Origin: Candidatus Bathyarchaeota archaeon | Lineage (GTDB): Archaea > Thermoproteota > Bathyarchaeia > Bathyarchaeales > Bathycorpusculaceae | DNA: 64,000 nt | Assembly (NCBI GenBank): GCA_963826715.1 | Contig: CAWGYA010000008.1 | Location: forward strand, 352,001 to 416,000 | Reading direction: 5' to 3' | Shown here: piece after piece, positions 28,674-39,704 of the stretch | How the letters are laid out: every line of letters begins with the position of its first letter | Numbering within the stretch: position 1 is the first letter of the stretch | The notes under the pieces: generated by a model | Told to the model about the DNA's origin: nothing | The model's input: the letters and a program-made list of their open reading frames with translations, nothing else | Databases searched by the model: none | Position numbers and translations under genes: made by a program

Positions 28674-29759
28674 ATGCCTCAAAGCTTTATCACCAAAACT
28701 AGAAGGCACCCTAACTTGTCATTAAACCAAATCTTAGAAAAACTTTCCAACGCCTGCGGAGTAACAGGCAGGGAAAACCAAGTCCGCGACCTCCTCACTC
28801 AAATGCTTAAACCCTACGCAGACGAAATTCAAATAGACCGCATGGAAAATATCATCGCCATTAAACATGGCAAACCGAAAGCACTGAAAATCATGTTGGC
28901 AGCACATATGGATGAAGTCGGGTTAATGGTGAAAACCATAACCAAAGATGGTTTTCTTCAGTTCAGCAAAATCGGTGGCATCGACGATCGCATCCTTCCG
29001 GCGCAAAAAATTGTAGTTAACACCAAAAAAGCCGTTTACCCCGGCATAATCGGTTCAAAGCCGCCGCACATACAAAAAGAAGATGAACGTAAAAAAATAG
29101 CTACATACGACGAGCTCTTCATTGATGTGGGCGCTGAAAACAGAGAAGCTGCCGTTGGTATGGGGGTTGCAATCGGTGACCCTGTTTCTTTTGACGTAAC
29201 ATATACTCAGCTTGGCGGAGAACGGGTAATGGGAAAAGCCTTTGATAACCGAGCTGGTTGCGCTGTTATGGTTGAAACTATGCGGTTGTTGAAGGAAACC
29301 GATTGCTCAGTTTTTGCAGTTGGTACCGTGCAGGAGGAGGTAGGTTTGCGTGGGGCAACTACGGCGGCGTTTGGCGTAGACCCTGATTTAGCGTTGGCAC
29401 TTGACGTGACTATAGCAGGGGATGTTCCTGGAGTGAGGGAGTTCGACACTAGTGTAAAAATAGGTAACGGACCTGCTTTAACCATCAGCGATTCAGGGTT
29501 GATTACACATCCTAAAATTTTGCGGTGGCTGCTTGAAACAGGGGAGGAAGAGAAAATCCCCATCCAGCTTGAGTCAGGGTTGCTTGGCAGCACTGACGCC
29601 GCCCGAATCTCCATTACTCGTGCGGGTATCCCAGCAGGAACCATATCCATCCCTACACGTTATATCCACAGTCCGGCAGGTATCCTAAGCCTTAAAGACA
29701 TAGAAAACAGCTCAAAACTGGCTGCTGCAGCAATCGAGAAAATTGCCAAGTTCTTTTAG
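28674..29759 (+). CDS. M42 aminopeptidase (TET/Frv family)
   Basis: AAHMDEVG, IGGID, KAFDNRAG, VQEEVGLRGA, RYIHS. Confidence 0.93.
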   Translation: MPQSFITKTRRHPNLSLNQILEKLSNACGVTGRENQVRDLLTQMLKPYADEIQIDRMENIIAIKHGKPKALKIMLAAHMDEVGLMVKTITKDGFLQFSKIGGIDDRILPAQKIVVNTKKAVYPGIIGSKPPHIQKEDERKKIATYDELFIDVGAENREAAVGMGVAIGDPVSFDVTYTQLGGERVMGKAFDNRAGCAVMVETMRLLKETDCSVFAVGTVQEEVGLRGATTAAFGVDPDLALALDVTIAGDVPGVREFDTSVKIGNGPALTISDSGLITHPKILRWLLETGEEEKIPIQLESGLLGSTDAARISITRAGIPAGTISIPTRYIHSPAGILSLKDIENSSKLAAAAIEKIAKFF

Positions 29760-29810
29760 GCGGAATTGATTTTTATTAACCTCCCTTCTTCTTTATACAA
29801 GTGAGCAAGC

Positions 29811-30278
29811 GTGAGTAAACAAAACAAAACTATCAAGCCCGATAAATTTGCGGGGAAATTCGAGTTTTTGGAGCATACTGCTGACACTTACATTCGAGCT
29901 TATGGCACATCAATGAAGCAGGCATTCGAAAACGCTGCACTCGCCATGTTTGAAACAATGACTGACATCGGCAAAATCAAAAAAATAACGGAGGAAACAA
30001 TGGATGTGGAAGCCGAGGACCAGTATGCACTACTATACAATTGGCTTGAGGCGTTATTGGTAAAGTTTGAAACTCAAGGGATGCTGTATTCGCAGTTTGA
30101 AATTTTTGATTGGCAAGAATCCACAGAGAACTTCAAGATTAAAGCAAGGATTTGGGGAGAAAAATTTGACCCCAAACTCCACCCTCAGAAAGTCGCCGTT
30201 AAAGCAGTGACATATCACCGCATGGTTGTTATCTGCGAGCCGGAGCGGATAGTTTTGGAGTTTATCCTCGACATTTAG
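29811..30278 (+). CDS. Archease
   Basis: FEFLEHTAD, AFENAALAMF, VKAVTYH, LDI. Confidence 0.95.
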   Translation: MSKQNKTIKPDKFAGKFEFLEHTADTYIRAYGTSMKQAFENAALAMFETMTDIGKIKKITEETMDVEAEDQYALLYNWLEALLVKFETQGMLYSQFEIFDWQESTENFKIKARIWGEKFDPKLHPQKVAVKAVTYHRMVVICEPERIVLEFILDI

Positions 30279-30946
30279 ACGAGGTTGAGTTTCTTTAGTT
30301 CTGTGAAGAGTTTTTCAACTTGAGATTCAGGTGGTTGGTATAGGCTCTTGGTTTCCAGTTGTATGAAGGGAACCTGTTTTTCTTTGTAGAATGCAATCAA
30401 GGGAGCGGTTTGTTCCTGGTAGACTGTCAATCGGTTTTTTATTGTGTCGGGGTTGTCGTCTGCACGTTGGTAGAGGGGTCCACCACATTTATCACAAATA
30501 CCTTCGACTATGGGTTTTAGAAATTTCACGTTATAGACGGTTCCACAGTTCTTGCATATGCGTCGTGTGGAAAGGCGTTCTATGATTATCCAGTCGGGGA
30601 CGTTTAGTTGCATGATGACGTCGATTTGGGTAATGCCATCGAGTTTTTTGGCTTGATCTAGGGTTCGCGGGTAGCCGTCGAGGATGAAACCTTTGCCGGT
30701 TGAGATTTTTGCTAAATGATCTTTAAGCACTTCAACAACGACATCGTCAGGAACCAGCGCACCTTTCTCCATATAACCCTTAACTTTAGTACTAAGATCC
30801 GATTTCTCTTTAACCAGTTCGCGGAAAATATCGCCCATCGAAATTACGTCAACACCAAGCTTTGCCTGTAATCTTGATGCATAGGTACCTTTGCCTGCGC
30901 CTGGCGCTCCAAATATGATAGCTTTCAACATGTCACACATCACCAA
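30275..30946 (-). CDS. adk: Adenylate kinase, bacterial-type with Zn lid
   Basis: GAPGAGKGT, GDIFR, GALVPD, LDGYPRT, CKNC/CDKC, QRADD. Confidence 0.95.
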   Translation of the reverse strand: MVMCDMLKAIIFGAPGAGKGTYASRLQAKLGVDVISMGDIFRELVKEKSDLSTKVKGYMEKGALVPDDVVVEVLKDHLAKISTGKGFILDGYPRTLDQAKKLDGITQIDVIMQLNVPDWIIIERLSTRRICKNCGTVYNVKFLKPIVEGICDKCGGPLYQRADDNPDTIKNRLTVYQEQTAPLIAFYKEKQVPFIQLETKSLYQPPESQVEKLFTELKKLNLV

Positions 30947-31154
30947 ATTAATCTCTCATCTTAGACTAACAATCCATAATTAAGTTTTTTTATATACCAA
31001 AAAGCCAAGTTTAGATGAGATTTATTCTGTAACCCCCCTTTTATAATCTAGGCAACCGACAAACACTCAAAAAACAACCAATTACTCATTGAAAAAAACG
31101 TCATAAAGGAAGTGACACTTTAGCCATTCATTACCATTACGGTATTTCGATTTT

Positions 31155-32120
31155 ATGTTTTTATCTTATTTTCTAATTAATGACATATTAGGGATGTATT
31201 TGTCTACAACGTTAATAGGAAATAATCTGTACCAAGTCGAACTTAACACTGGAGGTTTAAAGAATTTAATCTGCAGCTACATCATTGTTGGACCTAAAGT
31301 ATTCCTCGTTGAATCAGGTCCAACCAACTCGGTGCCTAACTTGCTCGCGGGCTTAGCTGAACTGGGTATTAAGCCTGAAGACGTCGAATATGTCGCTATT
31401 ACCCACATTCATCTTGACCATGGAGGCGGCGCAGGCGCGTTACTCAAAAGCCTCCCTAACGCCAAAGTTATCGTCCATCCCCGCGGTGCCCCACATCTCA
31501 TTGATCCTGAGAGACTCTGGTCATCGAGTCAAGAAGTGCTAGGATTTGTGAGTAAAATCTTTGGAAAACCTGAACCCGTCCCTAAAGAACGAATCGTTGC
31601 GGTTACAGAGAGTATCTTTGATTTAGGCGACGGCGCAACCTTGAGCGTCACAGAGACGGCAGGTCATGCTTCCCACAACTTGAGTTTTAAGGAGTCCTTC
31701 AATTGTGGCGTTTTTCCTGGTGATGCTGCCGGCACCTATTTGCCGGAGTTTGATGTGGTGATTCCGACGACACCTCCGCCGTTTTATCTGGAAGCGGCAC
31801 TTGCTTCGCTGGATAAACTCATTGCTCTCAACCCCACTACACTATATTTTAGCCACTTCGGCAAGGCAGACAAAGCCGTGGAGCGACTCAAAGCCTACAA
31901 GATGCAGATAGATCTCTGGGCGAGCATAGCCGAAGCAGGTGTAAAGAACAACCTGAGTCTAGAGCAAGTCCGCGATAACATCATCGCCCAAGACCCTATC
32001 ATGACCCAAATAATCGATTATGTCAAATCGCACCGCATCTACTCCAAAACCGTCCTTGAGAACTGCGTTCGCGGATTCATTGAATACGCCAAATACAAAA
32101 CCGCAAAGCAGCAGTCATAA
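31155..32120 (+). CDS. MBL-fold metallo-hydrolase
   Basis: THIHLDHGGG, GHASH, GDAAG, HFG. Confidence 0.9.
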   Translation: MFLSYFLINDILGMYLSTTLIGNNLYQVELNTGGLKNLICSYIIVGPKVFLVESGPTNSVPNLLAGLAELGIKPEDVEYVAITHIHLDHGGGAGALLKSLPNAKVIVHPRGAPHLIDPERLWSSSQEVLGFVSKIFGKPEPVPKERIVAVTESIFDLGDGATLSVTETAGHASHNLSFKESFNCGVFPGDAAGTYLPEFDVVIPTTPPPFYLEAALASLDKLIALNPTTLYFSHFGKADKAVERLKAYKMQIDLWASIAEAGVKNNLSLEQVRDNIIAQDPIMTQIIDYVKSHRIYSKTVLENCVRGFIEYAKYKTAKQQS

Positions 32121-32143
32121 ACGTTTTATAATCTGCTTCTTCT

Positions 32144-33643
32144 TTGTGTTTCACGGTGAAAAAGTTGGGCGAAAATGAAAGCCGAGCTAACCCTGAACGG
32201 GTTCCATTGGAGAAAATTAATGACTACATGTGGCAGATTCCCAAATATAAATCTGGGATGCAGGTTCCCGGAATGGTTTTTGCTGATAAGGCGCTCCTGG
32301 AGAAAATGCAGACAGACCGTACACTTTGGCAATGCAGCAACGTCGCACATCTGCCAGGCATCTACAAATACGCGATTACCTTACCTGACGGGCATGAGGG
32401 CTACGGTTTCCCTATAGGAGGCGTAGCAGCAACCGACTATAATGACGGCGTCATCAGCCCCGGTGGTGTCGGCTACGATATCAACTGCGGCGTACGACTC
32501 CTCCAGACAAACCTCAGCGAGCAGGATATCCGACCTAAACTCTCAGCCCTAACCGAAAGCATATTCCGCAATGTTCCTTCGGGGCTAGGAAGCAAACGGA
32601 AAGACTTCACCATATCCAAAGTTGACCTTGAAACCCTTTCTGTGGAAGGTGTAGATTGGCTCATAAGCCGAGGACTTGGCTGGGAAGAAGACGCCAAGCA
32701 CTGTGAAGAAAATGGTAAAATGAAAAACGGCAACCCCCACAAAGTCTCCAACACGGCTAAAAACCGCGGGCTCAGCCAAATCGGAACCTTGGGTAGCGGC
32801 AACCACTTCCTAGAAATTCAGAAAGTTGACAAAATATTCAATCCCAAAACCGCTAAAGTCTTCGGGCTCACCCATGAGGGACAAGTAACCATTATGATAC
32901 ACTGCGGCAGCCGAGGCTATGGGCATCAAATCTGCAGCGACTACCTCCGCGTGATGGAGCATGCAGTTCAGAAATACCAAATCAGTCTTCCCGACCGTGA
33001 ACTCGCCTGTGCACCGGGTAGCAGCCCTGAAGCAAAAGATTACATTGAGGCGATGGCATGCGCTGTTAACTACGCATTTTGTAATCGCCAAGCGATAATG
33101 CATTGGGTTCGCCAGAGTTTCCAACAGGTTTATGGACAAGATCCTGAAAAGTTTGGGTTAAATCTTGTTTACGATGTCGCGCATAATATAGCCAAAGCTG
33201 AAACCCATAGAATTGAGGGTATCAATCGTAGGGTTTGGGTTCACCGAAAAGGAGCAACCCGTGCATTTCCCAAAGGGCATCATGATGTGCCTGACGACTA
33301 TCGCGGTGAAGGACAACCTGTCTTGATTCCGGGTAGCATGGGAACCAGCTCATGGGTTCTGGTGGGCACAGAGAAGGCGATGGATCTCTCTTTTGGCTCA
33401 ACCGCGCATGGAGCTGGACGCATGATGAGCCGCTCTGCGGCCAAGCGTCAGTTTTGGGGAGAAGAAATTAAAAGCAGCCTAGAAAAGCGAGGTATTGCAG
33501 TTCGTGCAACAAGTGCGTCGGTACTCGCTGAAGAAGCTGATTCCGCATACAAGAATGTAGATATGGTGGCGGATGTCAGTGACAGAATCGGAATTGCTAC
33601 TAAGGTCGCACGACTAATACCACTGGCGGTAATAAAGGGCTAA
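32144..33643 (+). CDS. rtcB: RNA-splicing ligase RtcB
   Basis: PDGHEGYGFPIGG, GYDINCGVR, GSGNHFLE, HCGSRG, DVAHN, HRKGAT, HGAGR. Confidence 0.97.
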   Translation: MCFTVKKLGENESRANPERVPLEKINDYMWQIPKYKSGMQVPGMVFADKALLEKMQTDRTLWQCSNVAHLPGIYKYAITLPDGHEGYGFPIGGVAATDYNDGVISPGGVGYDINCGVRLLQTNLSEQDIRPKLSALTESIFRNVPSGLGSKRKDFTISKVDLETLSVEGVDWLISRGLGWEEDAKHCEENGKMKNGNPHKVSNTAKNRGLSQIGTLGSGNHFLEIQKVDKIFNPKTAKVFGLTHEGQVTIMIHCGSRGYGHQICSDYLRVMEHAVQKYQISLPDRELACAPGSSPEAKDYIEAMACAVNYAFCNRQAIMHWVRQSFQQVYGQDPEKFGLNLVYDVAHNIAKAETHRIEGINRRVWVHRKGATRAFPKGHHDVPDDYRGEGQPVLIPGSMGTSSWVLVGTEKAMDLSFGSTAHGAGRMMSRSAAKRQFWGEEIKSSLEKRGIAVRATSASVLAEEADSAYKNVDMVADVSDRIGIATKVARLIPLAVIKG

Positions 33644-33711
33644 AAAGCCCATTTTTTCTCTCTAAGTAACTTATATTAGCGAATCACCTGTTTTGTCTAT
33701 CGTGAACCGGT

Positions 33712-35067
33712 GTGATTGTTGACTCCGTTTACCTAAATGCCAAAGCTTATCTCAAAGAAGAAATCGTTGATTGCAATCTTGCAATTGAAAATGGTAAGAT
33801 AGAGAAAATCGGCAAAGAAACCCATATGCCTAAAGCTGACCAAAAAATCGACCTCCATAACCTCATGGTTTTACCCGGTCTCATTGATGAGCATGTTCAT
33901 CTTCGGGATGAAGGCAGAGCTTATAAAGAAGACTTCACCTCGGGCACAGCGGCAGCTGCTGCAGGGGGTTTCACATCTGTTCTTGATATGCCAAACAACG
34001 ACCCTGTCACCATGAATGTGGAGCACCTACGTAACCGTATGGCGCTTGCTGGGAGAAAAATTCTTGTAAACGTCGGTTTTTACAGTGAATTCCCAAAGAA
34101 TCCCAATGAGATAAAAAATATTTCCGCGCAAGGCGCAATAGGTTTTAAGCTTTTCATGAACAGCCAAGTGGGCGACTTAGATCTTGATAGTGACTACGCA
34201 ATCGTGGAAGCCATGAAAGCCGTTGCCGACGCAAGGTTACCGCTTGCTATCCACGCCGAAGACAAAGCGTTAATCGTTGCCAACGAAGCCAAACTCAAGC
34301 AAACTAAAAAAAACTCGCCCGTTGACTACCTTCGGGCTCACAGCGAAACTACTGAGTTAGTAGCTATCCAGCACCTTCTAAACCTAAAGGGAAGTAAGGG
34401 CGAGCATCTGCATTTTTGCCATGTCACCAGCCAAGAAGGCTTAGAAGCCATTCGCCAAGCCAAAAAAGAGGAAAGAAACGTAACTTGCGAAGTAACCCCC
34501 AACCACCTCATGCTTCAAAGTAACGATCTAAACCGTTACGGCGCACTCGTGGCTATGGCCCCGCCGCTGCGCAGCAGTATCCACCAAGACGCACTTTGGC
34601 AAGGCATAGAAGACGGGGCAATCGACACTATCGGATCCGATCATGCGCCTCATACGATAGAGGAAAAATCCGCTAGCAACATCTGGGAAGTTAAGGTTGG
34701 CATTCCTGGACTAGAAACCACCCTCCCATTAATGCTGACAATGGTGCACAAAAACAAACTATCCTTAACCCAGGTGGTAGCTCTTCTCGCTGAGAATTCC
34801 GCCAAAATCTACGGCTTAACTGACCGCGGATTAATCAAAGAAGGGAAAGCTGCTGACCTAACCATAATAGATTATAGCCCTTTCAAGCTGGATGCTTCAA
34901 AATTTAAGTCCAAAGCCAAATTCAGTCCCTACAACGGATGGGAGGTTTGGGGTAAAATTTCCAAAACCGTTGTAGCTGGGCAGGTAGTGTTTGAAGACGG
35001 TGAAGTTGTGGCGAAAGGCGGTTCAGGTAGCATAATTCGGGGCGGGCCCCTTGAAGTTTATAGCTGA
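33712..35067 (+). CDS. pyrC: Dihydroorotase-family cyclic amidohydrolase
   Basis: PGLIDEHVHLR, AAAGGFT..DMPN, HAED, CEVTPNHL, PPLR, SDHAPH, SPYNG. Confidence 0.85.
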   Translation: MIVDSVYLNAKAYLKEEIVDCNLAIENGKIEKIGKETHMPKADQKIDLHNLMVLPGLIDEHVHLRDEGRAYKEDFTSGTAAAAAGGFTSVLDMPNNDPVTMNVEHLRNRMALAGRKILVNVGFYSEFPKNPNEIKNISAQGAIGFKLFMNSQVGDLDLDSDYAIVEAMKAVADARLPLAIHAEDKALIVANEAKLKQTKKNSPVDYLRAHSETTELVAIQHLLNLKGSKGEHLHFCHVTSQEGLEAIRQAKKEERNVTCEVTPNHLMLQSNDLNRYGALVAMAPPLRSSIHQDALWQGIEDGAIDTIGSDHAPHTIEEKSASNIWEVKVGIPGLETTLPLMLTMVHKNKLSLTQVVALLAENSAKIYGLTDRGLIKEGKAADLTIIDYSPFKLDASKFKSKAKFSPYNGWEVWGKISKTVVAGQVVFEDGEVVAKGGSGSIIRGGPLEVYS

Positions 35068-35557
35068 TGCAATGCTAGGGAAGTTAGCCCGGTTCCTACG
35101 AATGATGGGCCAAGATGTAATTTATTTAACTCAACTGGGCGATAATGAACTTCTAATCTTGACGAAGATTAAGGACAGTATATTGTTAACAAGGGATTTA
35201 GAACTTTACAAACGCGCCATATCCCAAGGCTTAAATTCTTTTTATGTTGAGGGCAATAGGGTACCCGCGCAGCTATCAGAGGTTACCAAACGCTATGGAG
35301 TACCGCTGGATATTGACATGGACAAATCCTATTGCCCTCTGTGCAACATCAAACTTGCCATAGCAACGAAAGAGCAAGTCAAAAATAAATTAGAACCAAA
35401 CACTTACCTTTACTGCGAGCAGTTCTGGCAATGTCCCAACTGCGAACAAATTTACTGGCAAGGATCCCACTGGAAACAAATAAGAAAAACATTAAAACAA
35501 GCGCAACAAAATTTTGTAAAAACAGAAAATGAAACTGGCGTTAAGAAAGCCATTTAA
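35051..35557 (+). CDS. Mut7-C RNase domain protein (PIN + Zn ribbon)
   Basis: [40 protein letters not shown]. Confidence 0.9.
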   Translation: MKFIADAMLGKLARFLRMMGQDVIYLTQLGDNELLILTKIKDSILLTRDLELYKRAISQGLNSFYVEGNRVPAQLSEVTKRYGVPLDIDMDKSYCPLCNIKLAIATKEQVKNKLEPNTYLYCEQFWQCPNCEQIYWQGSHWKQIRKTLKQAQQNFVKTENETGVKKAI

Positions 35558-35783
35558 GAGGTATATCTTGGAAGGTCCCGTCTGGCAATGTCCTTCGAAT
35601 AGTAATGGGCAGAACACCTGCTTCAAGTTCGGTAACTGCAATATCTATCGGATTTGTGTTATCTTCTGCTTCAACCAAGATTGGGGCGCCCATCGAGATC
35701 TGCAATGCACGTGCACCGACAATTCTTGCTTTCTCGAAGCGAGTGATTTTGGGTGGACCAACAATTATTTTTTGACTTGACAT
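35541..35783 (-). CDS. rpoK: RNA polymerase subunit Rpo6 (K)
   Basis: [21 protein letters not shown]...LPITIRR. Confidence 0.95.
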   Translation of the reverse strand: MSSQKIIVGPPKITRFEKARIVGARALQISMGAPILVEAEDNTNPIDIAVTELEAGVLPITIRRTLPDGTFQDIPLKWLS

Positions 35784-35786
35784 CTA

Positions 35787-37466
35787 TTACATCATTCCTG
35801 GCATTCCACCCATACCGCCCATGCCCATTCCGCCGCCTGGCATGCCTCCTCCTGGTGGCATCGGAGGAGTCTTCATTTTTGCTGTTGAGATTACATCGTC
35901 GATTTTGAGAATCATTGAAGCTGCTTCGTTGGCTGACTTTATAATTTGTTTCTTCACTGATAATGGCTCGTAAACGTCAAGCTTTGTCATGTCTGAAACT
36001 TTGCCTTCCACAACGTTGATCCCTGCCCAAGTTTGCCCCTTTTCATGAGCGGCACGAAGTTGTGTGAGTAAATCGATAGGATCAAATCCAGCGTTCTCAG
36101 CTAATGTGATTGCGATAGTTTCAAGTGATTCTGCGAAGACGCGTACTGCAAATTGCTCTCTACCCGATAGGGTTTGAGCATACTTTTTTAGGACATTTGC
36201 CATTTCCATTTCCGATGCTGCGCCTCCTGCAACGACAAATGGTTCCTCAATCAGGTCTTTTATGACGCAGAGGGCATCATGGATGGAACGTTCAGCTTCA
36301 GCAGTTAATCTTTGGTTTCCTCCTCGGATAAGAAGGGTTACGGATTTGGGGTTTTTACAGCCCTCTATGTAGGTCATTTTGTCATCGCCTGTCTTGCGTT
36401 CTTCCACAAGCGCTGCTTCTCCAAGGTCTGCTGCTGAAAGAGAGTCTATGTTACTGATGATTTTACCGCCTGTTGCCCTAGCGAGTTTTTCCATGTCTGA
36501 TTTTTTGGCTCTGCGGATGGCAATTATGCCTTTACGGGAGAGGAAATGTTGTGCCATGTCGTCAATGCCTTTCTGGCAAATAACCACGTTGGCGCCACTG
36601 GCAAGAATCTTATCCACCATACCTCTTAGCATTGCTTCTTCTTGTTTTAGAAAAGCTTCGATCTGAGCAGGGTTCTCAATGTTAATTTTAGCATCTATCT
36701 CTGGCTTCTCGTTCTCTAAGGAAGTATCCAAAAGTGCAATTTTGGCTTTCTCTAATCGTTTGGGCATACCGCTGTGTACGATTTCTTTGTCGAGCAAGAT
36801 ACCTTGGATGAGGCTTGTGTCTGCGAGTGATTCACCGTTTTTCTTTTCCACTTTCACGTCGTCTACGTCTACTTTCAAACCGTTCTCGGTTTTTTCTGAG
36901 ACAGATAGCATAGCTTTGACCGCTATGTCAGCGAGATATTCTTTATATTCAGAAACAATTTTACTGCCCATGGCAGTTACAGCAACTTTTTTGAGGTAAT
37001 CTGTTTTCTTCAAATCAACGGGAAGCGCAATTTTATCGAGAGTTGCCAATGCTTTCTCTGCTGCCAACTTGTAACCGTCGATGATTATGGTTGGGTGGAT
37101 GTTTTTGTCGATAAGTTCCTCTGCTTTTGCAAGAAGTTCGCCTGCGACGATAACGCTGCTTGTAGTACCATCTCCGGCTTCTTTATCCTGCGTTTTAGCG
37201 ACTTCTACCAGCATCTTCGCGGCAGGATGCTGAATATCCATTTCATCGAGTATTGTTCTACCGTCGTTGGTTATGGTGACATCGCCAAAACTGTCCACCA
37301 ACATTTTATCCATGCCTTTGGGTCCAAGGGCACTTCGAACGGATTCAGCTACAACTTTGGCAGCCATTATGTTACTGTGCTGGGCTTCTCTACCGCGACT
37401 GCGTTTTGAGCCTTCTTTAAGAACCATAATGGGTATTCCGCCTGTTTGAGTTGGTGCTGTTGACAA
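35787..37466 (-). CDS. ths: Thermosome subunit (group II chaperonin)
   Basis: [29 protein letters not shown]; Gly/Met-rich tail. Confidence 0.97.
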   Translation of the reverse strand: MSTAPTQTGGIPIMVLKEGSKRSRGREAQHSNIMAAKVVAESVRSALGPKGMDKMLVDSFGDVTITNDGRTILDEMDIQHPAAKMLVEVAKTQDKEAGDGTTSSVIVAGELLAKAEELIDKNIHPTIIIDGYKLAAEKALATLDKIALPVDLKKTDYLKKVAVTAMGSKIVSEYKEYLADIAVKAMLSVSEKTENGLKVDVDDVKVEKKNGESLADTSLIQGILLDKEIVHSGMPKRLEKAKIALLDTSLENEKPEIDAKINIENPAQIEAFLKQEEAMLRGMVDKILASGANVVICQKGIDDMAQHFLSRKGIIAIRRAKKSDMEKLARATGGKIISNIDSLSAADLGEAALVEERKTGDDKMTYIEGCKNPKSVTLLIRGGNQRLTAEAERSIHDALCVIKDLIEEPFVVAGGAASEMEMANVLKKYAQTLSGREQFAVRVFAESLETIAITLAENAGFDPIDLLTQLRAAHEKGQTWAGINVVEGKVSDMTKLDVYEPLSVKKQIIKSANEAASMILKIDDVISTAKMKTPPMPPGGGMPGGGMGMGGMGGMPGMM

Positions 37467-37620
37467 ATCAAGTAACCTCCATTAATGCGAACAACAACAT
37501 GACATCATTAGCCATATAAGTTTTTCTAGGGCATGCACGTTGATGAAATCCACCTGCAAGCGGTTTCTGAATCATTTAGCTATTTTTTAGCTATCAGGCA
37601 CTATTTTAGTGCTGTGTAAA

Positions 37621-38124
37621 TTAATACACCGAAACTTTGGCTACACCTGTTATTTTCAGTAGCTCTGGTATGAGTTCTCCAGGAATTTTTCTTTCAACTA
37701 TGAATGTGAGTTTTGGTTCCGGCGAGAGTTCTGGATCATCTACTATGGCTTGACGAATACTTAGACCTGCTTTGTTTAAGGCAGTGGCGGCATTGCTGAG
37801 GATACCTGCTGAGCGAGCGTTTATGGGGGTGATTTCAACTACGCCGAGATTTAGTTGTTTGGCGATTTCTTTTAGGGAGTGCCCTGCTGGGCGGATTTCT
37901 TCGAAAATCATACGAAGTGCGGGATTCTCTTTGATTGTTGTTAGAGTTTCGTTGACCGTGCGACGGTCAACGTTCGCAACTCTCGCAATGCGGATTGGTG
38001 GAATTTCAATTTGATTAAGGAATATTTTGTCGTCTCTGGCTGAGAGTCCGTTTTCGATGAGGACACGCGCTATTTTGAGGCGTTCGGGATAGGCTTCAAG
38101 TTGGGTTTTAATTTTATTCCACAT
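37621..38124 (-). CDS. trpY: TrpY-like tryptophan-responsive regulator (HTH + ACT)
   Basis: MW start, YP.R, VDRRTV, PAG, GVVEI, ARSAGIL, SIRQA..DPEL; divergent from trpB2. Confidence 0.85.
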   Translation of the reverse strand: MWNKIKTQLEAYPERLKIARVLIENGLSARDDKIFLNQIEIPPIRIARVANVDRRTVNETLTTIKENPALRMIFEEIRPAGHSLKEIAKQLNLGVVEITPINARSAGILSNAATALNKAGLSIRQAIVDDPELSPEPKLTFIVERKIPGELIPELLKITGVAKVSVY

Positions 38125-38180
38125 TTAAGGTCGCTTGTGCGTATTCTGTTCTTTTAAGTATAAATGTGTTGTTTAAGAAG

Positions 38181-38206
38181 TGAGCAAACATGTACATAAA
38201 CATACA
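38181..38206. promoter_or_regulatory. TRP-box array (putative TrpY operator)
   Basis: TGAGCA-N4-TGTACA-N4-CATACA in 10-bp phase, between the TATA-like boxes of trpY (~38152-38164) and trpB2 (~38214-38223). Confidence 0.7.
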
Positions 38207-38266
38207 CAAAAGCCTTAAATAAAACTTTAAAGAACAATTTACTACCTAATTTACAGGCGAAATATC

Positions 38267-39679
38267 TTGCCAGACAAAAAAATCCTACTTCCAGAATCAG
38301 AAATACCAAAACAATGGTACAATATAGTCCCCGATTTACCACACCCCTTACCTCCTTTCATAGACCCAGAAACCAAGCAGCCGGGTGTAGGGATCGTCCC
38401 CAAAATCTTCCCTAAAGAAATAATCGGCCAAGAGATCAGCCAAGAACGCTGGATAAATATTCCCGACGAAGTTAGAGAAATTTACAAAATCTGGAGACCT
38501 AGTCCCCTTATCAGGGCAACCCGTCTTGAGAAGGCTCTCAAAACTCCCGCTAAAATCTACTACAAATACGAAGGGGTCAGCCCTGCAGGAAGCCATAAAA
38601 CCAACACGGCAGTTCCCCAAGCCTACTACAACATGAAAGAAGGCATCACCCGCGTCTCAACCGAAACTGGCGCCGGACAATGGGGCAGCGCACTTTCTTT
38701 TGCAGCCATGACTTTCGGCCTTAAAGCAGTAATCTATATGGTCCGTGCCAGCTATGACCAAAAACCTTACCGAAAAATGCTCATGAAAGCCTTCGGGGGG
38801 GAATGTATCGCAAGCCCGAGCAACAGAACTGATGCAGGTAGAAAAATCCTTGCTGAAGATCCAAATAACAGAGGCAGTCTCGGCATTGCTATTAGCGAAG
38901 CCGTCGAAGACGCCTTAGTGAGCAAAGAAAAAACCAACTATACCATCGGGAGCGTCTTTAATCATGTTTGCCTGCACCAGACCGTGGAAGGTTTAGAAGC
39001 TAAAAAACAGCTTGAAATGGTAGATGACTACCCGGATGTGATTTATGGTTGCATCGGCGGAGGCAGCAGCTACTCAGGTCTCATGTGGCCCTTCTACTAC
39101 GACAAAATCACAAAGAAGGCACCTAAAGAATGCAAGTTCATTGCTACAGAAGCCACAGCCTGCCCCAAAGTTACCAAGGGACAGTACCAATACGACCATG
39201 GCGATACCGCCAAACTCACCCCTCTTGTGCCCATGCATACTCTCGGCCATGACTTTATACCTGCGCCCATTCACGCAGGTGGACTAAGATACCACGGCAT
39301 CGCACCAACAATCAGCGTACTAACCCAAACCAAGCAGATGACTACTGAAGCGTACAGCCAAGTCGAAGTCTTCGATGCAGCCAAACTCTTTATCCAAAGT
39401 GAAGGCATAATACCCGCTCCTGAACCCAGCCACGCGATAAAAGGCGCCATCGACGAAGCACTCCGATGCAAACAAACAGGCGAAGAAAAAACCATTTTGT
39501 TTGTGCTCTGCGGCCACGGCTTTTTTGACATGTCAGCCTACGACGAATACTTTAGCGGCAAACTTCAACCCTACGAATACCCCACTGAGAAGGTTGCTGA
39601 ATCAATGGATAAACTGCATAAGCTCTATCCCTGGCTAAACGAAGTCAATAAACAATACATCAGCTGCGAACCGTACTAA
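38267..39679 (+). CDS. trpB2: Tryptophan synthase beta chain, TrpB2 type
   Basis: [43 protein letters not shown]. Confidence 0.95.
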   Translation: MPDKKILLPESEIPKQWYNIVPDLPHPLPPFIDPETKQPGVGIVPKIFPKEIIGQEISQERWINIPDEVREIYKIWRPSPLIRATRLEKALKTPAKIYYKYEGVSPAGSHKTNTAVPQAYYNMKEGITRVSTETGAGQWGSALSFAAMTFGLKAVIYMVRASYDQKPYRKMLMKAFGGECIASPSNRTDAGRKILAEDPNNRGSLGIAISEAVEDALVSKEKTNYTIGSVFNHVCLHQTVEGLEAKKQLEMVDDYPDVIYGCIGGGSSYSGLMWPFYYDKITKKAPKECKFIATEATACPKVTKGQYQYDHGDTAKLTPLVPMHTLGHDFIPAPIHAGGLRYHGIAPTISVLTQTKQMTTEAYSQVEVFDAAKLFIQSEGIIPAPEPSHAIKGAIDEALRCKQTGEEKTILFVLCGHGFFDMSAYDEYFSGKLQPYEYPTEKVAESMDKLHKLYPWLNEVNKQYISCEPY

Positions 39680-39704
39680 TTTAACAACCATCCTTTCTTA
39701 TTTT

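Noticed and set aside
35787-35870. Repetitive GGC/ATG-rich tract
   Set aside because: It encodes the ordinary Gly-Met tail of the thermosome
37540-37570. TTGATGA...CTGA C/D-like pair
   Set aside because: Only one box pair 20 nt apart; no second guide unit
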